A stretch of DNA of 64,000 bases from an uncultured Clostridium sp. (GTDB lineage Bacteria; Bacillota; Clostridia; TANB77; CAG-508). Positions 32,946-44,168 of the stretch are shown here, piece by piece; within the stretch, counting starts at the first letter, position 1; each line of letters begins with the position of its first letter. The position numbers and the translations under genes were made by a program. Location of the stretch: NCBI GenBank assembly GCA_902461935.1, contig CABPZP010000001.1, positions 1,020-65,019 on the forward strand, given 5' to 3'. Under the pieces are notes generated by a model. It was not told the DNA's origin. It saw nothing but the letters and a program-made list of their open reading frames with translations, and made no database searches.

Positions 32946-35900
32946 TTAAAATTCAAAGAAAGACATTTGATTACTTTGTGTCATTCCTTTTAAACATCCT
33001 GCATTTTTTAACATTTCTATTACAGATTTTCCTACTCCTGAACGTTGTTGCAAATCATCTATACACATAAATTTACCATCTTTTTTTGCTTTTTCTATCC
33101 CCTCTGCTGCAACTGTTCCAAGTCCTGGTATACTATTTAATGGTGGACGTATTCCGTCTTCTTCCATTACAAATTTGGTACTATGTGATTTATATAAATC
33201 CATTGGCAAGAAGTTTATTCCTCTTTCATACATTTCTAATACCAATTCTAATATTGCATACATGTTTTTTTCTTTTACTGTTGCTCCATTTCCTAGAAGG
33301 TCTATTTCTTTCATTTTGTTTTTTACTCTTTCTTCTCCATGGCACATTATATCACTATCAAACTCATCTGCTCTAATTGTAAAATATGCTGTGTAATACG
33401 CTTTTGGCTCGTGTACCTTAAACCATGCAATTCTGAAGGCATTTGTTACATATGCTGCAGCATGTGCCTTTGGGAACATATATTTTATTTTTTTACATGA
33501 ATCTATATACCAATCTGGTACATTATTATCTTTCATCATTTTCTCATATTCTGGCCACTTTGGCTCTTTTCCTTTTGCAACTTTTCCTTTACGTACAGCT
33601 TCCATTATTTTAAATGATGGTTGTGGTTCTAATCCTTTTTTTATTAGATATATCATAATATCGTCTCTACAACATATTGCTTCATCCAGTTTTATTGTTC
33701 CTGCTTCTATTAAGCTTTGAGCATTGTTAAGCCACACATCTGTACCATGAGAAAGTCCAGAAATACGAATAAGTTCATCAAATGTTGTTGGTTTTGTATC
33801 TACTAACATTCCGCCTTACAAATTTAGTTCCAAATTCTGGTATTCCAAAGCTTCCTACTTCTGAATGTATTTGATCCGGTGTAACTCCTAAAGCCTTTGT
33901 TGAACTAAATATAGACATTGTTTCTTTATCATCTAATGGTACTTTTGTAGGGTCTTTTCCTGTTATATCAAATAGCATTCTTATCATTGTTGGATCGTCG
34001 TGTCCTAGTATATCTAGTTTCAATAAGTTTTGATCTATTGAGTGATAGTCAAAGTGTGTTGTTATAATATCTGAATTTGGATCATCTGCAGGATGTTGCA
34101 CTGGTGTAAATTCATATATTTCTCTACCTTTTGGAACAACTATAATTCCTCCTGGGTGCTGTCCTGTTGTTCTTTTAATTCCAACACAACCTTTTGAAAC
34201 TCTATTTATTTCAGCACTACTTACAGGTATTTGTCTTTCTTCATAATATTTTTTTACATAACCATATGCAGTTTTCTCTGCTACTGTACCAACGGTTCCA
34301 GCTTTAAAAGTTGTTCCTTTTCCAAATATTACTTCTGTATATTTATGTGCTTTTGCTTGATATTCTCCAGAGAAGTTTAAGTCTATATCTGGCTCTTTAT
34401 CTCCATTAAATCCAAGGAATGTTTCAAAGGGTATATCCATTCCATCTTTATCTAACCTATGTCCACATTTTGGGCAATTTTTATCTGGTAAGTCGAATCC
34501 ATTTTTACATCCATAATCTGTAAAATCCGAATATTTACAATTTGGACATCTATAATGTGCTGGCAGAGAATTAACTTCTGTTATACCTGTCATATTTGCA
34601 ACAAATGATGAACCAACAGAACCTCTTGAACCAACTATATATCCATCTTCGTTTGACTTCCAAACTAATTTCTGTGCAATTATATACATAACGGAGAAAC
34701 CATTTTTTATAATTGAGTTTAATTCTTTATCTAGTCTTTCTTGCACTATTCCTGGTAATTGTTCTCCATATAATTCGTGAGCTTTACTATATGCTATATT
34801 TTTTATTTCATCTTCACAACCTGGTATGTGTGGAGGACATTTTTCTGGTGATATTGGGCTTATTCTTTCACACATATCACTTATTTTATTTGTATTTTTT
34901 ACAACAACCTCATATGCTTTTTCTGGTCCTAAATATTGAAATTCTTCAAGCATTTCATTTGTTGTTCTTAAGTATAAAGGTGCTTGTAAATCTGCATCTG
35001 CATATCCTTGCCCTGCCTCCAGAATTCTTCTATATATTTCATCTTGAGGGTCCATAAAGTGAACATCACAAGTTGCAACTACTAGTTTACCTAGTTTTTC
35101 TCCTAATTCTACTATTTTTCTGTTTATATCTCTTAATGCTTCATCGTCTGCAACTACACCATTTCTAACTAAAAAAGCATTGTTTCCTATTGGTTGAATT
35201 TCTAAGTAGTCATAGTCTCTTGCTATTTCTTCTATTTCTTCATCTGATTTTCCTTTTTCTATTGCTTGGTACAATTCTCCTGCTTCACAAGCACTTCCTA
35301 GTATAAGACCTTCTGAATATTTTTTATACAAACTTTTTAATATACGTGGTTTTCTATAAAAATAGTGTAAATGAGATAGTGAAACTAATTTATATAAATT
35401 TTTTAGTCCTACATAATTTTTTGCAAGTATTATAGCATGGTATGATGGTAATTTTTTATATGATTGTTTTTCAGCTTCCTTATCTGGTCCTACAATGTCT
35501 ATATCATCTATTGTTTTTGCACCTTTCTCTTTTAACATATCTATCATTACATTAAATACTTTAACTGTTGTATCAACATCATCTAAAGCTCTATGTGCTA
35601 CTTCAACTTTTATTCCTAAGTTTTCTGCAATTATTCCTAATTTATACTTTTTATAATCTGGAAATAGCATTTTTGCAAGTTTAAGTGTATCTAAATATGT
35701 ATTATTTAACTCATATCCTAATATCTTTGCATTGTGTTTTAAAAATCCAATATCGAAATCTGCATTATGTGCAACAAGCACAGAATCTCCAAAAAATTCT
35801 AAAACTTTTGGTAAAACTTGTTCTATTGTTTCTGCTTCTTTTACCATATCATCTGTAATATTTGTAACTTCTGTAACCTTTTCTGGTATATGCTTTTCCG

Positions 35901-37359
35901 GATTTACAAAACACGAAAATGTATCTATTACTTCTCCACATTTAATTTTCATTATTCCTATTTCTGTTATTTTTTCTGTTCTATATGAAAGTCCTGTTGT
36001 TTCTAAGTCAAATACACAATATGTTGTATCTATATCTTGTCCTTTAGAGAATGAAATTGTTGGAACTCTATCTGGTACTAAATATGCTTCAACTCCATAT
36101 ATAATTTTCATATCTTTGTTGTCTCTACCTAAAAGTTTATGTGCTTCTGGAAAGGCTTGCACAACTCCATGGTCTGTAATTGCAATAGATTTCATTCCCC
36201 ATTTCATAGCTCTTTTTATTAAATCTGTTGCAGATGTCATTGCATCCATTTGGCTCATTTGAGTATGCATATGTAGCTCTACTCTTTTTTCTTCCGCTAA
36301 ATCCATTCTTTCTTGTTTTTTTCTTCCTTGTGTTTCAATTATTGTATTCGCTATAACTCCGAGTTCTTTTGCAAATGGATCAAATTGTGCTGTTCCTTCT
36401 ATTTTTAATCCTTTTGCACTTTGTATTTTCTTTAATACTTCTGCTCCTCTTTCTCCCGGTACGAAAGCTTTACAAGTTATTGTACTTGTTCCATCATATA
36501 CATCAAACATAACAAGCCATTTACCACTTTTTAACTCTCTTGAATCTGTGTTTATTACTTCTCCTTCTAAACTTAGTTTTCCAGTATCTACTCCAATATC
36601 TTCTACTTTTACAAGTTCTTCTCTTATATTCATATTTCTTCCCAATATTAATGGTGTATTCTCTTCTGGCATTGATGGTGGTGGCGGAGCTGGAACATAA
36701 TCATTTTGAGAAACTTGTTTTGTTTCTTTTTCCTTTGATTTATTTTCATTTGGTTTATTATTTTGTTTTTTATGTATTTTATTTTCTTCATTTTTTTCAA
36801 TATCAATTGAAGTAGCAACTTTTTCTAATGCCATAATTTCTAAATGTTTTTTTCGTTGTTCTAAAATTTTCAAAGTTTCTTCAGAAATTCTTTCTATATA
36901 CGTTACTTTGTATTTTTTCATGTATAAACTTTCTATTAGTTTTTCTAACACTACATTTAATCCTCTAGCATTTAAAAAATCTGCACCTTTCATAGTTAAA
37001 TAAACCTTTAGTTTATTTTCTTCTAACTCTAATTTTGCATTAGCAAGTAATTGTCTTGCAATTGGATATTTTCTCGCAAGCAATGCCATTATATTTTTCC
37101 ACTCGTCTTCTATACTTGGAATTTTTGCATTTTCTCCATAATGCATATTTATCCAAGTGTGTTCAATTCTAAATCTTTCACTAACAAAGGCCTCAAATAT
37201 AGCAATAGCTTTAAGTTCAATAAATTCTTCTGATTCTAAATCTAATACTAATGTATTTTTTCTTTTGTATAACTTCATATTTAATATTTTTGCATTTTCT
37301 AAATTATCTTCAAATTTAAAATCTTTAAAAGTTTCTTTCATTGCTTTTATTGTTGCCAT
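32946..37359 (-). CDS. polC: DNA polymerase III PolC (Gram-positive type), split by an apparent single-base insertion near 33808-33816 into ORFs 33778..37359 and 32946..33809
   Basis: OB, exonuclease (DEDDh), PHP and polymerase core recognisable; the two ORFs join seamlessly as ..[33 protein letters not shown].. if one A is removed from cggAatg. Confidence 0.85.
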
Positions 37360-37490
37360 TTATTTTCCTCCTATTTTGAAATATTTTATCACAATAAGAA
37401 AAAGTTGCCAATGAAAATGACAACTTTTTTTATTTTATATATAGGAAATTTCTATTCTAAGTATAAGTTTTCCAATAGCGCATACACTTT

Positions 37491-39671
37491 TTATGTATTT
37501 TCCCAGCTTAATATAGGATATCCATTATTTATTTTTGAATTTACAGTAAAATTATCCCATTTTAATTGTTTTATTTCTGTTTCACTTTTTACTGTTGTGC
37601 TTACTTTATCATTATCTATTCCACCTTTTATACAATCTTTTAATTGCCAACATGCTGTTACAGGAAACGTTCTTCCAGTAAATTTCATTCCGACAATTCC
37701 ACCAGTTTTTCCATTATAATTTCCAGTATTTTTATTATTAATGTCGCCTATATTATAGCAATATTTTATACTTCCACTATATACATAACCAATTATTCCA
37801 CCTATTGCTCTGTAATTTGAATCAACATTTCCAGTATTATATGAATATGAAATTGCAACATTTTCTCCTGTACAGCCAATTATCCCTCCCGTTCTAGAAT
37901 TATAAGAAGCATCGCATCCTTTTGAACATACATATGCAGTATTTACTGCTTGTTCTATTTTCCCACCCAATCTTAGGTAACCAGTTATTCCTCCTACATA
38001 ATTATTACCAATTATTTCTCCTGCATTTTTAACTTTTTTAAAACTAACAATATTAGTACCATCACCACTACAACCCGATATTCCTCCTACTTTTACTACA
38101 TTATTATTTATATTCGAATAATTTTCACATCCAATTATATTTCCTTTTCGTATCCATCCAACTATACCACCAATTCCATCATAACTTCCTGTTATTGTAC
38201 CATAATTTTTGCAATTTTCTATATTTCCACCATATTCTCCCATTCTACCTACAATTCCTCCTACTGAACTACTATTAGCACTTTGTGGTTCATCCGAATG
38301 ATGACCTATTGATTTTACATTCGCCTTGTTTACACAATTTTTTATATTTCCATAATTAACTCTTCCTGCAATTCCTCCTACATCATATGTTCCTATTATA
38401 TTGCCTTCTACAGCTAAATTTGCAACTTCTGCATATTCATTTTCTGTTCCATATACATATGAAAATAATCCTTGGTCGGAATTAGCTTGATTTATATTTA
38501 TACCTTCTATTTTATGCTCTTCCCCATCATATGTTCCTGAGAAATATTTTTGATAGCTTCCTATTGGTATCCAAGTAATATTATTTAAATTTATATCTGC
38601 TTTTTGTTTTATGATACAATTTTCAAATTTATTTCCGTTATTTACCTTATTTCTAAAATCCAACAACTGTGACTTATTCCATATTTCATAGCTATCAGAA
38701 TATGTTATATTTCCTATTGTTGTACTTCCTTTAGATTCTATATTTGTTACTTCTTTCCATTTTGCATATACTTCTATATTACTACTTACTTTTATAATTT
38801 TATCTCCAGTACCTTCAGGATTATTATACCAGCCTTCAATTATATATCCTCCTCTTGAAAACTTTGTTGTATCTAATGTTATTTCTTGATCTTTTAGTAC
38901 TATTTCTTCTAGTTTTTCTTCTGTTCCATCATTTTTATTATATACTATTTTATATTCGTTCTCTTCAGGATCTGCTTCAGCTTCATCTATATAAGTTACA
39001 TTTTTATTCTCATCAATTTTAAAATAATAACCTTTATATTTTATTATAAAAACTTTTTCTTCACTTTTTTCTTTAACTTCTAAATTTTCATCATTTTTTC
39101 TTAATGTATTCCATACATTTTCGTAATTAAACTTATTTCCTAAATTTTCTCCTGAATTTGCATTTGTTTCTTCTTCCATTATTGCTAATTGAATTTCCTC
39201 TTTTGCATTAGAGATATTCGTTTTTTGCATTGCTTGTTGTGCCTTTTTTATTATTCCATTTTCTCCCATTACCATATTTAGTGTTACACCGGCTAAAATT
39301 AATAGTACGATTATTGTTATTATTAAAGCTATTAAGGTGATCCCTAGATTATATTCTGCCATTTGTAAGGGTCGGCGTCCTCGACGACCCGATTTTCCAT
39401 CTTTTTTCATTTGTGGATAGATAGAATTATATTTTGAAGCATTATTTAACATTATTTTATCGGTATGTCTACTTTTTGCATTCGGGTCGTCGGGGACGCC
39501 GACCCCTACAGCGTTTAATTTTATTTGTTCAAATATTGCAATATTGTTTTTATTTATTATTTTTGCATCATAATTTGAGACATTTTCATAAATGTCCCTT
39601 TCACATATTTCATTATTTTTATTTAAAACACCGGTGTGTGTGTATATATACAGTTTCAACGCTTTCAGCAA
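37491..39671 (-). CDS. GLUG-motif repeat surface protein with prepilin-like hydrophobic N-terminal segment; start uncertain (39671, 39410 or 39362)
   Basis: Eight or more GGI(V/A)G..G.I.N(C/S)..N.G.(V/I) GLUG-type repeats; N-terminus ..GRRGRRPLQMAEYNLG-ITLIALIITIIVLLILAGV; the region upstream of the TM contains two family-A repeats in frame. Confidence 0.6.
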   Translation of the reverse strand: MLKALKLYIYTHTGVLNKNNEICERDIYENVSNYDAKIINKNNIAIFEQIKLNAVGVGVPDDPNAKSRHTDKIMLNNASKYNSIYPQMKKDGKSGRRGRRPLQMAEYNLGITLIALIITIIVLLILAGVTLNMVMGENGIIKKAQQAMQKTNISNAKEEIQLAIMEEETNANSGENLGNKFNYENVWNTLRKNDENLEVKEKSEEKVFIIKYKGYYFKIDENKNVTYIDEAEADPEENEYKIVYNKNDGTEEKLEEIVLKDQEITLDTTKFSRGGYIIEGWYNNPEGTGDKIIKVSSNIEVYAKWKEVTNIESKGSTTIGNITYSDSYEIWNKSQLLDFRNKVNNGNKFENCIIKQKADINLNNITWIPIGSYQKYFSGTYDGEEHKIEGININQANSDQGLFSYVYGTENEYAEVANLAVEGNIIGTYDVGGIAGRVNYGNIKNCVNKANVKSIGHHSDEPQSANSSSVGGIVGRMGEYGGNIENCKNYGTITGSYDGIGGIVGWIRKGNIIGCENYSNINNNVVKVGGISGCSGDGTNIVSFKKVKNAGEIIGNNYVGGITGYLRLGGKIEQAVNTAYVCSKGCDASYNSRTGGIIGCTGENVAISYSYNTGNVDSNYRAIGGIIGYVYSGSIKYCYNIGDINNKNTGNYNGKTGGIVGMKFTGRTFPVTACWQLKDCIKGGIDNDKVSTTVKSETEIKQLKWDNFTVNSKINNGYPILSWENT
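39355..39519. repeat. Inverted pair of family-A elements (reverse copy 39355-39391, forward copy 39483-39519) about 91 bp apart inside the 5' coding region of the GLUG gene
   Basis: ttctgccatttgtaa-gggtcggcgtcctcgacgaccc ... gggtcgtcggggacgccgaccc-CTACAGCGTTTAAT; tails point outward. Confidence 0.75.
39634..39650. repeat. Dinucleotide tract (GT)5(AT)3-4 in the 5' end of the GLUG gene
   Basis: ggtgtgtgtgtatatatac. Confidence 0.8.
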
Positions 39672-39768
39672 TTTTCATATTTTTTATCTCCTTCTTTTGT
39701 ATTTTGGGTACAGAACACTGTACCCACACATTTAATTTTTACACTTTTATTCTATGTTAAAAAAATGT

Positions 39769-40527
39769 TTATTTCAACTCTTTTTTTGCTTTTTCTACTA
39801 ATATATCTCCAAATACTTCTTCTTGTGTTGTTGTTACTTTGCTTCTTCTTGACATTTCTAACATTCCTGAAAATGCAGTTACTACTTCTTGTTTGTTATG
39901 TTCTTTTATTGAAAATAGCTTATTAAAAATAAATTTTTTTTGTTTTATTAATATTTTGAACATTTCTTTTACTTTACTTCCTACACTATAGCTTTCTGAT
40001 ATTGCTATTTTTTCTATATTTTTGGCATTTTGATTTTTCTTTTTCTCATTTTTTTCTACTATTTTTTTGTATATTTCAGGAATTATCTCTTTATTATATT
40101 CTCTTTCTAATTTTTGCTTTGGTAATTTAATTTCTTCTCTTACACCATATAGCCTATCTCCACTGTTTTCATATTGTTCTTTAAATTTTTTTATTATTTC
40201 TTTATATTTTTTATATTCTATAATTCTTTTTATTAATTCTTCTTCTGTTATTTCTTCTTCATCTTCTACTTGTTTTGGCAATAAACTTTTAGATTTTAAT
40301 AAAATTAGCGTTGATGCCATTATTAAAAATTCACTTGCTATTTCTAAATTTAATCTTTCCATTTCATTTAAGTAGTCTATGTATTGGTCTGTTATCTCAC
40401 TTATTTTTATATCGTATATGTTCATTTTGTTTTTATCTATTAAATGACATAATAAATCTAATGGTCCTTCGAAATTGTCTATTTTTATTGCATATTTATT
40501 TGTTTCTAGCGTTAATACATTTGACAT
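39769..40527 (-). CDS. scpA: Segregation and condensation protein A
   Basis: 252 aa; N-terminal FEGPLDLLCHLIDKNKMNIYDIKISEITDQY. Confidence 0.8.
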   Translation of the reverse strand: MSNVLTLETNKYAIKIDNFEGPLDLLCHLIDKNKMNIYDIKISEITDQYIDYLNEMERLNLEIASEFLIMASTLILLKSKSLLPKQVEDEEEITEEELIKRIIEYKKYKEIIKKFKEQYENSGDRLYGVREEIKLPKQKLEREYNKEIIPEIYKKIVEKNEKKKNQNAKNIEKIAISESYSVGSKVKEMFKILIKQKKFIFNKLFSIKEHNKQEVVTAFSGMLEMSRRSKVTTTQEEVFGDILVEKAKKELK

Positions 40528-40952
40528 TATATATTATCTCCTTTATATCCTTTTTTTAATAGGTAGATTTTTATTTCTTCTTCATTCATTGAGTTTTGTT
40601 TTTTTAGTTTTATATTTTCTGCTGATTTCATTTCATATTCTTCTAGTTCTTCATAATTATTTTGAATATATTCATCTAATATATTTCTATTAATTCCCTT
40701 TGAATATAATTTATATTTTAATTCTTTGATTGAAAGATTTTTTAGTGCTATACATTCATTCACAAATCTTTCTATATATTTATAATCATTAATATATCCT
40801 GTTTCTTTTAAATAGTCAATAATATCTTCTAATAAATTTTCTTCTATAGTTAATTTAAATTTATTTCTTATCTCATTTTCTGTTCTTTTTTTATACATTA
40901 TATATTTTAATATTTTTGTTTTTTCTCTATCAAATTCTTCTATTGAATACAT
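40527..40952 (-). CDS. recX: RecX-like regulatory protein
   Basis: 141 aa of three-helix repeats, directly downstream of recA. Confidence 0.55.
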   Translation of the reverse strand: MYSIEEFDREKTKILKYIMYKKRTENEIRNKFKLTIEENLLEDIIDYLKETGYINDYKYIERFVNECIALKNLSIKELKYKLYSKGINRNILDEYIQNNYEELEEYEMKSAENIKLKKQNSMNEEEIKIYLLKKGYKGDNI

Positions 40953-40993
40953 TGTTTTCTCCTTTTTTTATAAAAAAATAGAAATTTTCTATA

Positions 40994-41028
40994 TCTAAAA
41001 AACACGGGTTCCAATTTGAACCCGTGTT
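40994..41028 (-). terminator. Rho-independent terminator after recA
   Basis: Perfect 11-bp stem aacacgggttc/gaacccgtgtt followed by TTTTTT on the minus strand. Confidence 0.75.
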
Positions 41029-41156
41029 AAGCAAGAAAATAAAATTATAGTTCCCTGTACTTCTGCACTACTTATTTAATCTTCTCACTTTTTTAATGGC
41101 TGAACTTTATTATTATAACATATTATGTTTTCATTTTCAAGTGTTATCGTGTTACA

Positions 41157-42206
41157 TTATTCGTCATCTTTTTCATCTTCGTCTTTTTCATTGTCTCCAA
41201 GACTTTGTTCAAATGCTTTTTCAAAGTTATCTCTTACTTTTTTCTCAACTTCTTCCATTATCTCTGGATTTTCTGCTAAGTATCTTTTAACATTTTCTCT
41301 ACCTTGTCCAATTTTGTTTCCGTTATAGCTAAACCATGATCCAGCTTTCTCTATAATGTCTAAGTTTACAGCCATATCTAAAATATTTCCTTCTTTTGAA
41401 ATACCTTTTCCATAAACTATATCAAATTCAGCTTCTCTAAATGGTGGTGCAACCTTATTTTTTATAACTTTTACTCTAGCTCTACTTCCTACTACTTCTC
41501 CGTCTTGTTTTATATTTTCTATTTTTCTAATATCCATTCTAACTGATGCATAGAATTTTAATGCTCTTCCTCCTGTTGTTGTTTCTGGATTTCCAAACAT
41601 AACTCCAATTTTTTCTCTTAATTGATTTATGAATATTAAAACTGTTTTAGATTTATTTATTGCACCTGCTAATTTACGTAATGCTTGTGACATAAGTCTT
41701 GCTTGAAGACCCATATGTGAATCACCCATATCACCATCTATTTCAGCCTTTGGAACTAGTGCTGCAACAGAGTCTACTACTATTACATCTAAAGCTCCAC
41801 TTCTAACTAATGCTTCTGTAATTTCTAGGGCTTGTTCTCCTGTATCTGGTTGTGATACTAATAGTTCATCTATATTTACACCTAAGTGTTTTGCATATAC
41901 AGGATCTAATGCGTGTTCTGCATCTATAAAAGCTGCTTCTCCGCCCATTTTTTGTGCTTCTGCAACTATGTGTAATGCAAGTGTTGTTTTACCAGAAGAT
42001 TCTGGACCATATACCTCTATTATTCTTCCTCTTGGAACTCCACCTATTCCTAATGCTATATCTAATCCTAATGCTCCTGTTGGTATAGCTTCTATTTCCA
42101 TAGCTTTATATTCTCCAAGTTTCATTACTGAACCTTTTCCAAATTGTTTTTCTATTTGTGCCATTGCAACTTCTAATGCTTTTTTTCTTTCATTGTTTTC
42201 TCCCAT
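41157..42206 (-). CDS. recA: Recombinase RecA
   Basis: 349 aa, Walker [10 protein letters not shown], acidic C-terminal tail. Confidence 0.95.
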   Translation of the reverse strand: MGENNERKKALEVAMAQIEKQFGKGSVMKLGEYKAMEIEAIPTGALGLDIALGIGGVPRGRIIEVYGPESSGKTTLALHIVAEAQKMGGEAAFIDAEHALDPVYAKHLGVNIDELLVSQPDTGEQALEITEALVRSGALDVIVVDSVAALVPKAEIDGDMGDSHMGLQARLMSQALRKLAGAINKSKTVLIFINQLREKIGVMFGNPETTTGGRALKFYASVRMDIRKIENIKQDGEVVGSRARVKVIKNKVAPPFREAEFDIVYGKGISKEGNILDMAVNLDIIEKAGSWFSYNGNKIGQGRENVKRYLAENPEIMEEVEKKVRDNFEKAFEQSLGDNEKDEDEKDDE

Positions 42207-42293
42207 TTATATCTTCCTTTCTTTTACAAACATTTTTTCAACAAATTTATGTTTGTATTGTATTTTATATTTTAATTTTTGTCAATAGTTTTT

Positions 42294-43892
42294 TTAAATT
42301 TCTCTATACCAATTTTCTATATTATAAAAAATACTGTAATTATTAGGTTCTATATCTGCTTTTAAAGATGTACTACAAATTAATGATTTTTGATTAATAT
42401 ATAAACTTTTATACGGACTTTGTTCTTTATATAAATTTGCTATTTCTGTATATTTTTCTTTTAATTTTTCTCCATCCGTTATATTTGATATCTCTTTTAG
42501 TAATTCTGTACATTCATTGCTTTTATAATTTGCTAAATTTCCATCTCCTAAATATGTATTTAGGTTAGGTGATAACCCAATATTTGTTCCCGCTATAAGC
42601 AATTCATAATTTTTATTTTTTAATATATTATTATAATTTGCAGTTGTTACTTTTATAATATTTACAGGTATTCCAATTGCTTCTAAATTAGTTTTTATTA
42701 TTTCTGCAACTCTTGCTCTTGCTCCATTTTCAGAATTTACTGTTAATGTAAAAGCCAATCTCTGTGTTCTATAATTTTCTTTCTTTTGCCAATATCCTTT
42801 TGTGTATTCCCAACCACTATCTACTAGTAATTGTTTTGCCTGATCTGGATTATATCCAGAACTGCTGCTTTCTGAGTTATATAGCCACATTCCAAAGTTT
42901 AATGGAAAATCCATACTGTAATATTTTCCATTAAAAACTGTAGCTATAATATTTTCTTTATCTATGCTAAAATTAATTGCTTTTCGTACATTTACGTCAT
43001 TTAAAAATGCATTATTACAGTTCATTGCTAAAAAGTCGTATTCTCTTCCTTTAAAGTCTATTTTGTTGTATCCTATTGTACCAACATATTTTTCAAGTTC
43101 TTCATTTTGTGTTTCTAATAAATCTAAATTTCCCATTTTAAATGCATTGTAAGCATCTCCCATAGAACCATACAAATTAACCTTTATTTCGCTTGCTTTA
43201 GTATTTTTATTTTCTATATTCCACCAATTTTCATTCTTTTTTAAAGTAATTACTCCGCCTTCATTGCTAACTATTTTATACATACCTGTTCCCATAGGTA
43301 CATTATTTTTTTCTGTTGTTTGAAAATCTTGTTCTAAATAAAAGTTTTTAGATAATATTGGAAATGTTAAATTATATGCAAAATAAGGATCTTTACTATC
43401 TAAGGTTATTTTTATTGTGTAGTCATCTATTACCTCAACCTGAACTACTTTCTGTAAATTGGCTGAATAAATAGAATCTATATTTTTTAGTATGTCAATA
43501 GTAAATTGAACATCGTTTGCAGTAAATTTACTTCCATCATGCCACTTTACATTATCTCTAAGTTTTATAATATAAGAATTATCTCCACTTATTGACCATT
43601 CTGTTGCTAAACAACTTTCTGGCTTATAGTCATTTGATAATGTTACTAATGGTTCAAATACTATTCTAGATATTTCTTGAACATTTGAATTTTTACTTAG
43701 TATTGGATTTATTGTATCATAATTTACAATAGCTAGTCTTAAATCTTGTGCAATTCTTGTTTCTTGTTTTTTTGTTTCAGAATTTTCGTTTTCCTCATTT
43801 TTACTGTTATCTTTGTTTATTTTAAACACTGCAAAAATTATTAGTATAACTACAAATACTATAAACAAATATTTAATAAAATTATTCTTCAT
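42294..43892 (-). CDS. ABC peptide-transporter substrate-binding protein (SBP family 5, OppA/DppA-like), orphan
   Basis: 532 aa with signal-anchor; no permease genes adjacent. Confidence 0.65.
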   Translation of the reverse strand: MKNNFIKYLFIVFVVILIIFAVFKINKDNSKNEENENSETKKQETRIAQDLRLAIVNYDTINPILSKNSNVQEISRIVFEPLVTLSNDYKPESCLATEWSISGDNSYIIKLRDNVKWHDGSKFTANDVQFTIDILKNIDSIYSANLQKVVQVEVIDDYTIKITLDSKDPYFAYNLTFPILSKNFYLEQDFQTTEKNNVPMGTGMYKIVSNEGGVITLKKNENWWNIENKNTKASEIKVNLYGSMGDAYNAFKMGNLDLLETQNEELEKYVGTIGYNKIDFKGREYDFLAMNCNNAFLNDVNVRKAINFSIDKENIIATVFNGKYYSMDFPLNFGMWLYNSESSSSGYNPDQAKQLLVDSGWEYTKGYWQKKENYRTQRLAFTLTVNSENGARARVAEIIKTNLEAIGIPVNIIKVTTANYNNILKNKNYELLIAGTNIGLSPNLNTYLGDGNLANYKSNECTELLKEISNITDGEKLKEKYTEIANLYKEQSPYKSLYINQKSLICSTSLKADIEPNNYSIFYNIENWYREI

Positions 43893-43980
43893 TTTTTCAC
43901 CTCAATTTATATCAATTATAATATATTAAATGTTCTTTTTTTTCAAGAATTTATTAAAATTATTTTTATTAATAAAATGA

Positions 43981-44096
43981 CAAATATATTTGTTTTGAAA
44001 TACCGCGTAAGCGACCAAACGAGCAAATATTATTCCAAATTTAACAATTTCATTATTTCGGGTCGTCGGGACGCCGGCCCCTACAACGTCTGACAT
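43981..44096 (+). repeat. Left-half family-B copy (43981-44031) followed by a family-A element (44059-44096) between the peptide-binding protein gene and spoVS
   Basis: caaatatatttgttttgaaataccgcgtaagcgaccaaacgagcaaatatt ... cgggtcgtcgggacgccggccCCTACAACGTCTGACAT. Confidence 0.75.
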
Positions 44097-44168
44097 AATT
44101 TATAGCAAAATAATATTATTTGTATAAAAAAAGAGAGCATTTTTTTGCTCCCTATAAATTTATATTAA

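Noticed and set aside
42207-42293. LexA (Cheo) box upstream of recA
   Set aside because: No GAAC-N4-GTTC-type motif is visible in the 87-bp upstream region. I cannot assign an SOS operator.
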